A stretch of 62,287 nucleotides of DNA, the filler included. It is 7 parts of 7 records of this genome, joined end to end, with 100 filler letters (N's around TTAATTAATTAA, not from the genome) between each part and the next. Parts side by side here need not be neighbours in the genome. Positions count along the whole stretch, not along the records: positions 42,956 to 53,532 come from SRR31156797_44717; positions 53,633 to 62,287 come from SRR31156797_44865; 5 more parts are not named here. The stretch is one strand, 5' to 3'. A program made the position numbers and the translations under genes. Positions 49,330-58,586 of this stretch are shown in pieces. The notes beneath the pieces are model-generated. The model ran no database searches and was not told where the DNA came from. It saw only the letters and a list, made by a program, of their open reading frames with translations. Numbering within the stretch: the first letter of the stretch is position 1; every line of letters begins with the position of its first letter.

Positions 49330-50112
49330 CTAGTCCGGTCGGTGGCCGAGGCGACGCGATATGTTTCCGGCCGCTTGGATGACGAGGGGGGCCCAGCTCA
49401 GCAATTTCTCGCGGCTGATGTTGAAGACGTGCCCCCAGACGTTGACTCCCCCTGCGACGTTGCCCTCAAAATCGAAGATCGGGGCGGCAATTCCGCGAAC
49501 CTCCATCTGCTCCTCGCGATCGGCCAACGCGAAACCATGTTGGCGTACCACTTCCAACTCGCGGGCAAGGGCGGCTGGATCGGCGATGGTGTAGTCCGTG
49601 AATTTGGAAAGGCGCATGCCGTCGATCAGGGCATTTCGTTGCGGCTCGGAAAGGAAGGCCAGCATCGCTTTGCCGAGCGCAGTGCAGTACGCCGGCGCGC
49701 GGTCGCCGACCTGGTGGCGCATGATCAAGGGTGTACGGGATTCAATTTTCTTAATGAAAACGATCTCTGTCTTGTCGAGTGTGGCGAGGACTACATGTTC
49801 GTCGGTTTGCCGGTTGAGCCAAACCATATCTTCGTCGGCCAAGCGTTGCAGGTCGAAGGAATTCCAACCTTTGAGCGCCCAGGTCATCGTCTTCATACCC
49901 AGTCGATAGGTCCTCGTACCCTCGTCGAAAGCCAGGAGATCTTCGTTCACGAGCACGGAAAGAATGCGGTGGGCCGAACTCTTGGACAAACCGGCCGCAT
50001 TCACCAGGTCGGTGAACCGCATCGGTTTCGCTGTGGCGCTGAGGGCGTCCAGGATGGCGATGGATTTCGTGAGAATCGTCGTCTTTGGTTCGGTGGCAGA
50101 TGCGTGTGACAT
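49330..50112 (-). CDS. IclR family transcriptional regulator
   Basis: HTH LSKSSAHRIL; AYCTALGKAMLA; GIAAPI. Confidence 0.93.
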   Translation of the reverse strand: MSHASATEPKTTILTKSIAILDALSATAKPMRFTDLVNAAGLSKSSAHRILSVLVNEDLLAFDEGTRTYRLGMKTMTWALKGWNSFDLQRLADEDMVWLNRQTDEHVVLATLDKTEIVFIKKIESRTPLIMRHQVGDRAPAYCTALGKAMLAFLSEPQRNALIDGMRLSKFTDYTIADPAALARELEVVRQHGFALADREEQMEVRGIAAPIFDFEGNVAGGVNVWGHVFNISREKLLSWAPLVIQAAGNISRRLGHRPD

Positions 50113-50171
50113 GCCTTCTTCTTGACTCGCGGAAGCGGTTGAGCGACAGTAGTTTGCTAAAAATCAAAACC

Positions 50172-50194
50172 ATAGTTCCATTCAGCAGAACTAT
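50172..50194. promoter_or_regulatory. putative IclR operator (copy 2) between iclR and dctP
   Basis: ATAGTTC-N9-GAACTAT palindrome, core GTTCCATTCAGCAGAAC. Confidence 0.7.
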
Positions 50195-50232
50195 TGTCAA
50201 TACCAATCATTCAGTGCGGAGGACGAATCGCT

Positions 50233-51276
50233 ATGCGCCATCAAATACTCCGGACCGTTTCGCTCGCGATTGCCATTTCTTTCGCGAGCGCTTATTCCGC
50301 GTGGGGGGCCGATTTCACCATGAAACTGGGGCACAGCAATCAGCCTGACCCCAAGGATTCCGTTTTTCACGCGTGCGCCCTGAAGTTCGAAGAACTGCTC
50401 GAGAACTACTCCAAGGGCAGAATCGATGTCGTCATATACCCAGCCTTCCAATTGGGGAGCGAACAAGAGCAGGTCCGCGCGACCCAGCTCGGAACGCAGG
50501 AATCGACGATCATCTCCACCAACAACCTCAACGTTTTCACCCGCTCGCTCGGGTTTCTGACGCTGCCCTATATCTTCGAGACGGTTGACGAGGGCCGTTC
50601 CGTTATCGACCAAAGCTGGAACAAACTCAACGAGTGGTCGACCGAAGAAGCGGGGGTGCGCCTGCTGACCGTGATCGACGCCGGGTTCCGCGATCTCACC
50701 AATTCCAAAAAGCCGGTCCGCAACCTCGCCGACCTGCGCGACATCAAAGTCCGGGTTCCGCCGAACCCGATCATGATCGCCGCCTTCAAGAGCTGGGGCA
50801 ATGAACCCATCTCCATGGCATGGTCAGAAACCTTCAACGCCCTTCAGCAAAAGGTGGTCGACGCGCAGGAAAATCCGATCAACGTGCTCTTGGCCGTGAA
50901 GTTCTACGAGGTCCAGAAATGGGTGACCGACATTTCCTACGTCTACCAGAGCAACTTCATCGTAGCGTCCGAGAAGTGGTTCCAGAGCCTTCCCAAGGAT
51001 CTTCAGGACGCGGTCGTGCGCGCCGGCCAAGAGACTACCGATTGGGAGCGTGACTACATCGTCAAGACAACCGTAAGCGACATCAAACGTCTGAAGGAGG
51101 ACTTCGATATCGTCTTTCTCGGCCCGCCCGAGGACAAGCCGGAGTGGATTCGCCGCGCCCGTGCGATATGGCCGGATTTTTACGAATTCATCGGTAACGG
51201 CGAAAAAGACAAAGGTAAGGCGACGGTCGATTATATCGTATCGCTTACCAAGGAATTCAGGGCTAAGAAAAAATAG
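50233..51276 (+). CDS. dctP: TRAP transporter substrate-binding protein
   Basis: Signal peptide; YPAFQLGSE, GFRDLTN, KVRVPP, ALQQKVVDAQEN. Confidence 0.92.
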   Translation: MRHQILRTVSLAIAISFASAYSAWGADFTMKLGHSNQPDPKDSVFHACALKFEELLENYSKGRIDVVIYPAFQLGSEQEQVRATQLGTQESTIISTNNLNVFTRSLGFLTLPYIFETVDEGRSVIDQSWNKLNEWSTEEAGVRLLTVIDAGFRDLTNSKKPVRNLADLRDIKVRVPPNPIMIAAFKSWGNEPISMAWSETFNALQQKVVDAQENPINVLLAVKFYEVQKWVTDISYVYQSNFIVASEKWFQSLPKDLQDAVVRAGQETTDWERDYIVKTTVSDIKRLKEDFDIVFLGPPEDKPEWIRRARAIWPDFYEFIGNGEKDKGKATVDYIVSLTKEFRAKKK

Positions 51277-51366
51277 GCCTTTCGTCGAAATAAGGCGGGC
51301 GGATTAAAAAACCGCCCGCCGCGACTTGCTCGATCGTGGCGGATCGGCGCTCTGTTGGGGAATAGC

Positions 51367-51912
51367 ATGAGAACATCTCTTCGCCTCCTCGACCGGTATT
51401 TTGAGGAAGTCGTCTGCGCCGTTTTGCTCGTTCTCCTCATGCTGTTCCTGATGATACAGGTGGTGCTGCGCTACGGCTTCCACATGGCGCTGGCCTGGAA
51501 CGAGGAATTAACCCGTTTTTTCTTCGTCTGGTTTGTCTATTTGGGTGCGAGCCTGGGCGTTCAGCGGCAAGGCCACATCCGTGTCCTGACCTTCATCCTT
51601 TTGCTTCCTTCCGAGGGCTTGCGGAAGGTTGCAATGCTCATTTCAGACTGCCTTTGGCTGATATTCATGGGGCTGATCGTCTACTACAGCTTCGATTTCC
51701 TGGAGACCGTTCTGCGCTTCCCGCAGGGTTCGGCCGTTCTTGATATACCCCTGCTCTACGTCTATCTCATCGTGCCCGGCGGTTTCTTCCTGATGTTTTT
51801 CCGGCTCGTCCAGCTTTACCTTCGAAGCTGGGGGCTTATGGGCGGCGAGACACCCCCCAGCGAGGCGGAAGAGGCCCAATTCGACGCCTCCGACAGGGGC
51901 GTTGCGCCATGA
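51367..51912 (+). CDS. dctQ: TRAP transporter small permease
   Basis: WNEELTRF, HIRV, 4 TM. Confidence 0.9.
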   Translation: MRTSLRLLDRYFEEVVCAVLLVLLMLFLMIQVVLRYGFHMALAWNEELTRFFFVWFVYLGASLGVQRQGHIRVLTFILLLPSEGLRKVAMLISDCLWLIFMGLIVYYSFDFLETVLRFPQGSAVLDIPLLYVYLIVPGGFFLMFFRLVQLYLRSWGLMGGETPPSEAEEAQFDASDRGVAP

Positions 51913-53186
51913 TGCTTGTCGTCGTCTTCGTCGCGGGTCTTATTCTCGGTCTGCCGATTTTGGCAACCATCGGCATGGCCACGGTCGTCCCCATTCTCGT
52001 CGAGGGGAGTATCCCCATGACGATGGTGATCCAGACCCTTTACACGGGCGTGGATCAGTTTCCCCTGATCGCCGTCACCGGTTTCATCCTCGCCGGTGCG
52101 TTGATGGGGGCATGCGGAATTACCGATCGCATTATCGAGGTGGCATCCAGCGTCGTCGGCAACGTCACCGGTGGCTTGGCCGTTGTCACCATTCTCGCTT
52201 GCATGTTCTTCGCCGCCATAAGCGGCTCCGGCCCTGCCACCGTGGCGGCGATCGGCGGCGTTATGCTGCCCGGCATGTTCCGGCGTGGCTACGGGCGGGA
52301 CTTCGGCGGCGCGGTGGCCGCCTCGGGCGGAACTCTGGGCATCCTTATTCCTCCCAGCAATCCGATGATCATCTACGGCGTCGTTGCCAGCACGTCGATC
52401 ACGCAGCTCTTCATGGCGGGGCTTATACCAGGGTTGTTCATCGGCTTTTTGATGATCTTGGCGGCTTATGGGGTGTCACGCCGCCGCGGGTATGTGGGCT
52501 CCGGCGAGAAGCTTTCGATGGGGCGCGCGCTACGCGCCGTCAATCACGGCAAGTGGGCCTTGATGGCGCCCATCATTATCCTCGGAGGCATCTATGCCGG
52601 CGTATTCACGCCCGTCGAAGCTTCTGCGGTGGCCGTATTTTACGCGCTTTTCGTCGGCACGGTGGTCTATCGTACGCTCACCTGGAAATCGTTTTTCGCG
52701 TGCCTGCGCACCACCGCACTGACCTCGGGCACCGTCATTGTCATCGTCGGCATCGCGCTGTCCTTCGGGCGCCTGCTGACCATTTACCGCATACCGGTGA
52801 TCGTGGCCGAAAGCCTTGGCAGTGTTTCGTCGGACCCCATCGTGGTGCTGTTTTTGATTGCTGTTTTCCTCATCATCATCGGCACGTTCATGGAGACGTT
52901 GGCGCAGATCATCATCCTGACGCCGGTTTTCCTGCCCCTGGTCAAAAGCCTCGGCGTCGACCCGATTCATTTCGGCGTGATCTTCGTCATCTGTTGCGAG
53001 ATCGGGTTCCTGACCCCGCCCCTGGGCGCAAATCTGTATGTCGCCATGAAGCAGGCCGACGTTCGCCTTGAGGCGATCTCAAAGGCGGTGCTTCCCTTCC
53101 TTGCCGTATTGCTCGGCGGGCTGGTTCCGATCATCCTGTTTCCGCAAATATCCCTTTTCCTGCCCAACTTGCTGATGGGTCGATAG
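51909..53186 (+). CDS. dctM: TRAP transporter large permease
   Basis: ISGSGPATVAAIG, LIPPS, FTPVEAS, DPIHFG, TPPLG. Confidence 0.93.
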   Translation: MMLVVVFVAGLILGLPILATIGMATVVPILVEGSIPMTMVIQTLYTGVDQFPLIAVTGFILAGALMGACGITDRIIEVASSVVGNVTGGLAVVTILACMFFAAISGSGPATVAAIGGVMLPGMFRRGYGRDFGGAVAASGGTLGILIPPSNPMIIYGVVASTSITQLFMAGLIPGLFIGFLMILAAYGVSRRRGYVGSGEKLSMGRALRAVNHGKWALMAPIIILGGIYAGVFTPVEASAVAVFYALFVGTVVYRTLTWKSFFACLRTTALTSGTVIVIVGIALSFGRLLTIYRIPVIVAESLGSVSSDPIVVLFLIAVFLIIIGTFMETLAQIIILTPVFLPLVKSLGVDPIHFGVIFVICCEIGFLTPPLGANLYVAMKQADVRLEAISKAVLPFLAVLLGGLVPIILFPQISLFLPNLLMGR

Positions 53187-53194
53187 CTGATCGA

Positions 53195-53400
53195 AAAGGG
53201 CCGGACAGGTAGTAGTTTTCCAGCAAGATCCCGTTTTTCAACGTCTGGTGCCAATGTCCGATCTTGCCCTGAGTCTGGGAATGGTTCGGCGCACCACGGA
53301 TATACCTCCTGCCCTGGCCTTCGAGCCATTTCGCCGGAGATATATGACAAGCCATTGTCATTGAGCAGCCAGGGTTTACGAACAACGTCGGCACTTCTTT
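53195..53400 (-). pseudogene. IS3-family transposase (integrase core) remnant, frameshifted
   Basis: KPWLLNDNGLSYISG in one frame continues as KWLEGQG…GAPNHSQTQGKIGHWHQTLKNGILLENYY in another. Confidence 0.8.
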
Positions 53401-53505
53401 GCCGTAGGCTATCGCCCTGACCGCGGACCGGATATAGCTGCCTTTCCACAAGACGCGCACAAAAAAACACCGCGCAACTGTGCGGAGCCAACTTACCGAA
53501 AATAA

Positions 53506-53532
53506 TGGTGCCGCCTCGCAGATTCGAACTGC
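53506..53532 (-). tRNA. 3' fragment of a tRNA (T-arm, acceptor strand, CCA); isotype not determinable, Thr-like acceptor
   Basis: Minus strand GCAGTTCGAATCTGCGAGGCGGCACCA; cut by the contig end. Confidence 0.75.
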
Positions 53533-53632
53533 NNNNNNNNNNNNNNNNNNNNNNNNNNNNNNNNNNNNNNNNNNNNTTAATTAATTAANNNNNNNNNNNN
53601 NNNNNNNNNNNNNNNNNNNNNNNNNNNNNNNN
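53533..53632. other. artificial contig linker
   Basis: N44-TTAATTAATTAA-N44. Confidence 0.98.
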
Positions 53633-53724
53633 GAGGAGGGCTGCAGAAGGATAGAGAGGAGACCCGCGCAGGCGATGATCCTGAGCAGCCGGCGCCGGAC
53701 AGCCGTTTCGGTAGGATTGGTCAT
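53633..53724 (-). CDS. N-terminus of an exported/membrane protein, truncated
   Basis: MTNPTETAVRRRLLRIIACAGLLSILLQPS; RBS GAAGG. Confidence 0.45.
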
Positions 53725-53779
53725 ACCTTCCATACGCCTCGTCCGGCCTTCCTGATTCAAAACGGTCGGAAAAAGAGGT

Positions 53780-53808
53780 AAAAAAAAGCCCCGGAACGAA
53801 CCGGGGCT
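53780..53808 (-). terminator. rho-independent terminator
   Basis: AGCCCCGG-N6-CCGGGGCT hairpin plus T-run on the minus strand after the HEAT gene. Confidence 0.85.
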
Positions 53809-53830
53809 GCAGATCATTGATCGGATCGCT

Positions 53831-55009
53831 CTATTTCAGCTCATCCATGGCCTGACGGGCCAGGCGGTTGATGGCGGGGGTGTAGTTGGAGAACTGCACC
53901 TCCGTAAGAGATCCCATGCCCCGCGCATTGCCGGACATGCCGATGGACTTGATGATCTGCTTGATATACTCAAGCTGATAGCGGTCCGCTTCGATGCCGT
54001 CGGCCTGACGGTCGTTGAACATGGTCAGCTTGGCGGAAAGGACATCCACTGCCGCGTCGCTGCCGATCACGCCCAGGGTATAGTAGGCATAGATGATCTC
54101 ATTGCTGTCGCTTGCCCTCTCCACGATGCTCTTGAGAAAGGGTACGGCCGCGTCATCCTTAATGCTGTTAGAGATCATGCTTTTCAGAGCCTCCGTACGG
54201 AGCTTGGACAGGTCATCCAGTTCCCGCTTGTCCGTTGTCTGATAGCGCAGTCCTTCCTCCAGAGCCAGAATAGCGACCTTGTTTTTGTTATCCACGGATG
54301 CGGTAGAGTCGTTTTCTACGATCAGAGCGATCTTCTTGGTCTTGAAATCCGCATCCTTCATGATCTTCATCACCTCGTCGGTGGGATCCTCGGAGATGGT
54401 TTTCAGAGACTCCATGGCCAGCTCTTTGGTCCGGCGGGAGTACCATCCGGTGGCCGCGTAAAACACGGGGGAAAAGCCGACGGTGTCCCTCATTTTCTGG
54501 AGAGCCATAACGCAGCCGTAGGCTTCGATCTCCGCATTGTCCCTGTTCTGGTTCTGGGTGTTGAAGTTCAGATTCCTGAGCATGGTGGCGATCTCGGGGG
54601 CGTAACCGGACGCCCTCATGCTGCCCAGTGCGATCAGGGCGTTGGCCTTGAGCAGAGAACTGTCGGCGGGGTGGTTCACGACGAACCAGACCAGATCCTC
54701 GGCGTCCCTGGTCTTCAGTTCGCCCAAAGCCTTGACGATCATATCGGTCATCTCGACCCATTTGGTCATCAGGGCCCGGTCGCCTCTGAACTTCTCCTGA
54801 TCACCGTTCAGCTCCTCGAGAGCCTCCATCAGCACCGGCTCGGTGGCGCGGTCGTTAAGACGAACGATATTCTGGAGCACCATCTCTTTCTGCTCGAGCG
54901 ATACGGAACGACGGTAAAGGCGCGTCCAAACCTCCGCGGACTGGGAAAAGACGGGGAGGATGGATACGCTAAAAAATAATAAGATGCCAAATAACGCTGT
55001 TTTTCTCAT
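53831..55009 (-). CDS. exported HEAT-repeat domain protein
   Basis: Signal peptide; ALGEL, ALIALG, TLGVIG helical repeats. Confidence 0.7.
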   Translation of the reverse strand: MRKTALFGILLFFSVSILPVFSQSAEVWTRLYRRSVSLEQKEMVLQNIVRLNDRATEPVLMEALEELNGDQEKFRGDRALMTKWVEMTDMIVKALGELKTRDAEDLVWFVVNHPADSSLLKANALIALGSMRASGYAPEIATMLRNLNFNTQNQNRDNAEIEAYGCVMALQKMRDTVGFSPVFYAATGWYSRRTKELAMESLKTISEDPTDEVMKIMKDADFKTKKIALIVENDSTASVDNKNKVAILALEEGLRYQTTDKRELDDLSKLRTEALKSMISNSIKDDAAVPFLKSIVERASDSNEIIYAYYTLGVIGSDAAVDVLSAKLTMFNDRQADGIEADRYQLEYIKQIIKSIGMSGNARGMGSLTEVQFSNYTPAINRLARQAMDELK

Positions 55010-55020
55010 CAGGGGAACTC

Positions 55021-55902
55021 CTACTGCAGCACGCTTTTTTCAACGGAAAACACGATAAACTCCCGCTGCACGATATCGATAACGTCGCCATGGCGGTTCT
55101 GAGTCGTCTCCTCGACGACGTTGCCCGCCGCGTCATAACTGTACTGAACCGTGCGGGCAAGGGTCTTACCTGTATAGAAGAGAGCCTTGGCAACCATACC
55201 GTTTTCTATCATATATTCGGTCTTCTTTTCCTGACGGCCCTTGGCTGAGTAGGTGACCTCCTCTACGAGGACATCCCCCTCATAACTCAGCTGCGTATAG
55301 CCTTCCAGCTCGCCGTCGGGCATGAAGTAGTTCATCTGAACCAGTATGTCGTTCTTGTACTCGTACTCGGTGTACATCATGGGGATGCCGCCGCTGTCGC
55401 CGGAGACCCATTTGCTCCGGCGGGCTTTATCGTCATATTCATAGGAAGAAACGGCCAGCAGGTCACCCTTGGGATTGAAGTACTGCTCTTCGATCAGCTG
55501 TTTGTTTCCGTTGTAGGTAAACTCGGAATAGGAGACGGCTTTTCCGCTTGAGAAGAACTCGCTTTTCATCAGAAGCAGGTCTTCGTTGTAGCTGAATATC
55601 TCTTCGGATACGGTCTCCTCATTGGAACCGATCTGAGACTTTTTCAGAAGGTTCCCCTGATCGTCATACTCATATAACCTGTATCCGTCGACGAACCCGT
55701 CTTCGTATTTAACGGTTTCCTGTGAAACGAAATACTCGTCCTCGACGACCGTAACCCACTGGGGCTCCTTTTCTGGCTCGGCCGCTTTTTCGGGGGCAGG
55801 CTCGGCTTTCTCGGGCGTCTCCGCAGGGGGAGGCGTGGAAACACAGGCGAATAACAGGGAAAGAACGGGAAGAAGCCATAGATTTTTCAATCTTTTCAAC
55901 AT
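55021..55902 (-). CDS. lipoprotein with YD/RHS-like repeats
   Basis: Lipobox LFAC; Pro/Glu linker; repeated YEYD..GN, FTYN, YSYDAAGN units. Confidence 0.7.
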   Translation of the reverse strand: MLKRLKNLWLLPVLSLLFACVSTPPPAETPEKAEPAPEKAAEPEKEPQWVTVVEDEYFVSQETVKYEDGFVDGYRLYEYDDQGNLLKKSQIGSNEETVSEEIFSYNEDLLLMKSEFFSSGKAVSYSEFTYNGNKQLIEEQYFNPKGDLLAVSSYEYDDKARRSKWVSGDSGGIPMMYTEYEYKNDILVQMNYFMPDGELEGYTQLSYEGDVLVEEVTYSAKGRQEKKTEYMIENGMVAKALFYTGKTLARTVQYSYDAAGNVVEETTQNRHGDVIDIVQREFIVFSVEKSVLQ

Positions 55903-56045
55903 GAGAGAATCTCCTTGAATTCAATAAGCGAATGAGGTTTTGCCTCGTACAGATAACCTTAATATGTTCAATTGAAAAAGTAAAGGAAAGTGATTGAAAT
56001 GCACCGAACGGCACATGAGGGCGTAAAGCGGGAAAAGCGCCGGCT

Positions 56046-57209
56046 CTAGGCCTCGTCACCGAAGGAAGGGAGCTCGTCTTCCACTCCCTCCAGAGTTTCC
56101 AGCTCATCGTCCTCTTCAGGCGCTTCGAAAAGAGAGGGCCCGTCGCTTCCGTCATTCCCTGCGGGCGCCATACTGCTGAGGGGATTCTCATTCAGAGGCT
56201 GATCAGCGCGATAGATATCGTAGACGAAGGAGAGGATCAGGTAGCGGGACTGCTCGTCCGGCTCGTCGGCCTGGATATGGATGACCGAAAGGTTTCTGGC
56301 CCGATCGTAGTCCACTGTCCGCACGATCCCGCGGAGAACGGCGATCTTGCCGAAAAGATCCATCTGGAGCTTGCAGTACATGTTCTCCACGCCCTTGCCG
56401 CCGATCAGGATGGCGGCGCCGTCCTCGGACAGATCCTGTACGATACAGCGGAGCCCCGGCTTGCTTTCGGGACCGGATGAGGACATCTTGAGGCTTTTCA
56501 GGGGATACAGCTGGGCCGATAGTTTGCAGCTCGTCCGGATGGAGCGGCGTTTCTGACTCCGGAGAACCACATCGGAATGCGTCATCCTGAGGGTTTTGAA
56601 ATCCCGATCGGGGTAACCTTCCATAATCCTGGACTGGAAGAAGTATCCCGCGTCATCCCTTCGCCAGAAGTAGACGTTCAGGGTCCTCTCCCGCCAGCTG
56701 AAGCCTACGGGGAGGGCCGGCCCTTTGGGATAGGTAACGAGCATATAGTTCCTGTTGTTTTCCAGGACCGAACAGTCGAAGATCCCCAGCATATCCACCT
56801 TGAGCTTGAGCACCTGGTTTATGGCTATATCGGATGTGGACTCGATGCCCCTGTTGTAGCGCGGCTTCTGAAACTCCACCTTCTTCCTGTAGTTGTACAG
56901 CTTCTTCAGGAGATACTCCAGATACTCCCGCTCGTCATCCTTGTCTTCCAGATCCATAAGCTTATGGATGCCCGCCAGGGACTTGTCCAGAACATCAACC
57001 GACCAGAACAGGGCCGAGGGCCTCTGATGCTTATTGACCTCGGCGACCCTATGCAGAAGATTGATTTCCCTGAAGCTGAACCCGGCGTCCTTGCCCATGG
57101 AATAGAACTCAACCCAATCGATCTTCCTGATGCCGCGGCGCAGTCCAAACAGCAGGGGAATGGATGAGGTGACTATCAAGATTGTCAGAAGAGCGTATAG
57201 GATACTCAT
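56046..57209 (-). CDS. PilZ domain c-di-GMP receptor (flagellar brake-like) with N-terminal TM
   Basis: QKRRSIR (RxxxR) and DLSEDG (DxSxxG) motifs. Confidence 0.85.
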   Translation of the reverse strand: MSILYALLTILIVTSSIPLLFGLRRGIRKIDWVEFYSMGKDAGFSFREINLLHRVAEVNKHQRPSALFWSVDVLDKSLAGIHKLMDLEDKDDEREYLEYLLKKLYNYRKKVEFQKPRYNRGIESTSDIAINQVLKLKVDMLGIFDCSVLENNRNYMLVTYPKGPALPVGFSWRERTLNVYFWRRDDAGYFFQSRIMEGYPDRDFKTLRMTHSDVVLRSQKRRSIRTSCKLSAQLYPLKSLKMSSSGPESKPGLRCIVQDLSEDGAAILIGGKGVENMYCKLQMDLFGKIAVLRGIVRTVDYDRARNLSVIHIQADEPDEQSRYLILSFVYDIYRADQPLNENPLSSMAPAGNDGSDGPSLFEAPEEDDELETLEGVEDELPSFGDEA

Positions 57210-57338
57210 AGCGTCAATTAATTATCGGTCAGATTTCCATATTTTTTTACAGCTAAGAGTATATCCATACCATTGTCTGATCAAGTACACTGTTTTTTAC
57301 GATGAAGGAAGTCCAATTTGATTAAAATATCCGTCAAT

Positions 57339-58013
57339 ATGGCAGCGATTTCAAGGAAAGCCGAGTTCCCTCTGATTTTTCTCCTGATCTTCCTGCCGGC
57401 CTACCTAAATCAGGGGCCCCTTCCCCACGGGGCATTCGATTTCCCCCTCTACCAGGGACAGGTGCTGCTCCAGTCCCTGCTGATCTTTCTCCTGGCCCGC
57501 TATCTGCTGCAGCGGACGCCTCCTGCCGACGAGAGAGCTTATGAATCGGCCTTCGCCCCCGTCCTGGTCCCGGTCCACTCCCTCATAGCCCTGGGAGGCC
57601 TCGCCCTGATCTATGCCGTCTATACCCTGGGGCTGGCTCCCCTGCTCCCCGCAGCGCTCAGCCCTCCGGAGGAAGCGGTTTACATAACCCGGCCCCGCAT
57701 GCTCCCCCTGTCCCTGATCAGCTGCCTCGCCGCCGCGGCAATGGAAGAATTTTTCTTCCGGGGCTATGCCTGGCTCAGGCTCAAGGATACGGGGATGAAC
57801 GGGATCGCCGCCCTGATAGGGGCCAGCCTTATATTTGCCGCAGGCCATCTGTATGAGGGAGCGGGAGCCGCCCTGTTCGCCTGCGCGTCAGGACTGTACC
57901 TGGGCGCCCTGGTGATGAGGGGCTATTCCCTCTTCTCCCTGGTCCTCCCCCACGGCCTTTTCAATTTCGCCATGATCCTGATCAGTTATCTGAGACAGGG
58001 GGCTTCAAGCTAA
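57339..58013 (+). CDS. CPBP family intramembrane glutamic endopeptidase
   Basis: EEFFFRG, FAAGHLY, HGLFN. Confidence 0.88.
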   Translation: MAAISRKAEFPLIFLLIFLPAYLNQGPLPHGAFDFPLYQGQVLLQSLLIFLLARYLLQRTPPADERAYESAFAPVLVPVHSLIALGGLALIYAVYTLGLAPLLPAALSPPEEAVYITRPRMLPLSLISCLAAAAMEEFFFRGYAWLRLKDTGMNGIAALIGASLIFAAGHLYEGAGAALFACASGLYLGALVMRGYSLFSLVLPHGLFNFAMILISYLRQGASS

Positions 58014-58049
58014 AGGCCTGCGGGGCCGAAACTGAAGAAGGGAGCCTTA

Positions 58050-58586
58050 ATGATGAGAAAGATCTTTCTGATATCCGCATTTTTACTCGCCGGCCCGTCC
58101 CTCTGGGCGGAGGCCGACCTGGGGCGGCTCGTCCCCCTGGGATTCTCGGTCCCCGCTCAGCGTTCCCCAGCCCCCATTCTCAAGGCATGGCATGAAGGTG
58201 TGCGGATCTCCCTGATCCCGGGAGAAAGACCGACCCTTATCTACTTCTGGGGGAGCCATGTCCCGGGCAGCATGGCGGACCTGCCTCAGCTGGACGAACT
58301 GTGGGGGAGGCTCAGATCCGGACCGGACGACCGGGACTTCCTGATCGCTCCGGTCAACCTGAACGACCAGGCCTCTCTGGTCGATACCTACGCCGAAGGC
58401 GCTGACCTGACTCTTCCCCTCTACCTCTATCCCGAGAGCGAAGCCCTGCGCCCCTATCTGTTGGGATCGGTCCCCTCCCTCTGGCTGATAGACCGGAACG
58501 GACGCGTCGCCGCCGCCTGCGAGGGAAACGTCCCCTGGAACCATCCGGACCTTCTCAGAAGCCTGAGGGAGTTCGTAAATGAGTAA
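58050..58586 (+). CDS. TlpA-like thioredoxin-fold protein lacking CxxC
   Basis: Signal peptide; IYFWGSHVPGS at the active-site position; SVPSLWLIDRNG cis-Pro region. Confidence 0.7.
   Translation: MMRKIFLISAFLLAGPSLWAEADLGRLVPLGFSVPAQRSPAPILKAWHEGVRISLIPGERPTLIYFWGSHVPGSMADLPQLDELWGRLRSGPDDRDFLIAPVNLNDQASLVDTYAEGADLTLPLYLYPESEALRPYLLGSVPSLWLIDRNGRVAAACEGNVPWNHPDLLRSLREFVNE

Noticed and set aside
42956-53186. Many long overlapping antisense and alternate-frame ORFs (e.g. 45552..46634, 46859..47827, 49306..50109, 51902..53071)
   Set aside because: Shadow ORFs expected in GC-rich coding DNA; they overlap well-supported genes and have no motifs
55021-55902. RHS/YD polymorphic toxin
   Set aside because: Short lipoprotein with no RHS core end motif (DPxG), no toxin domain and no immunity gene
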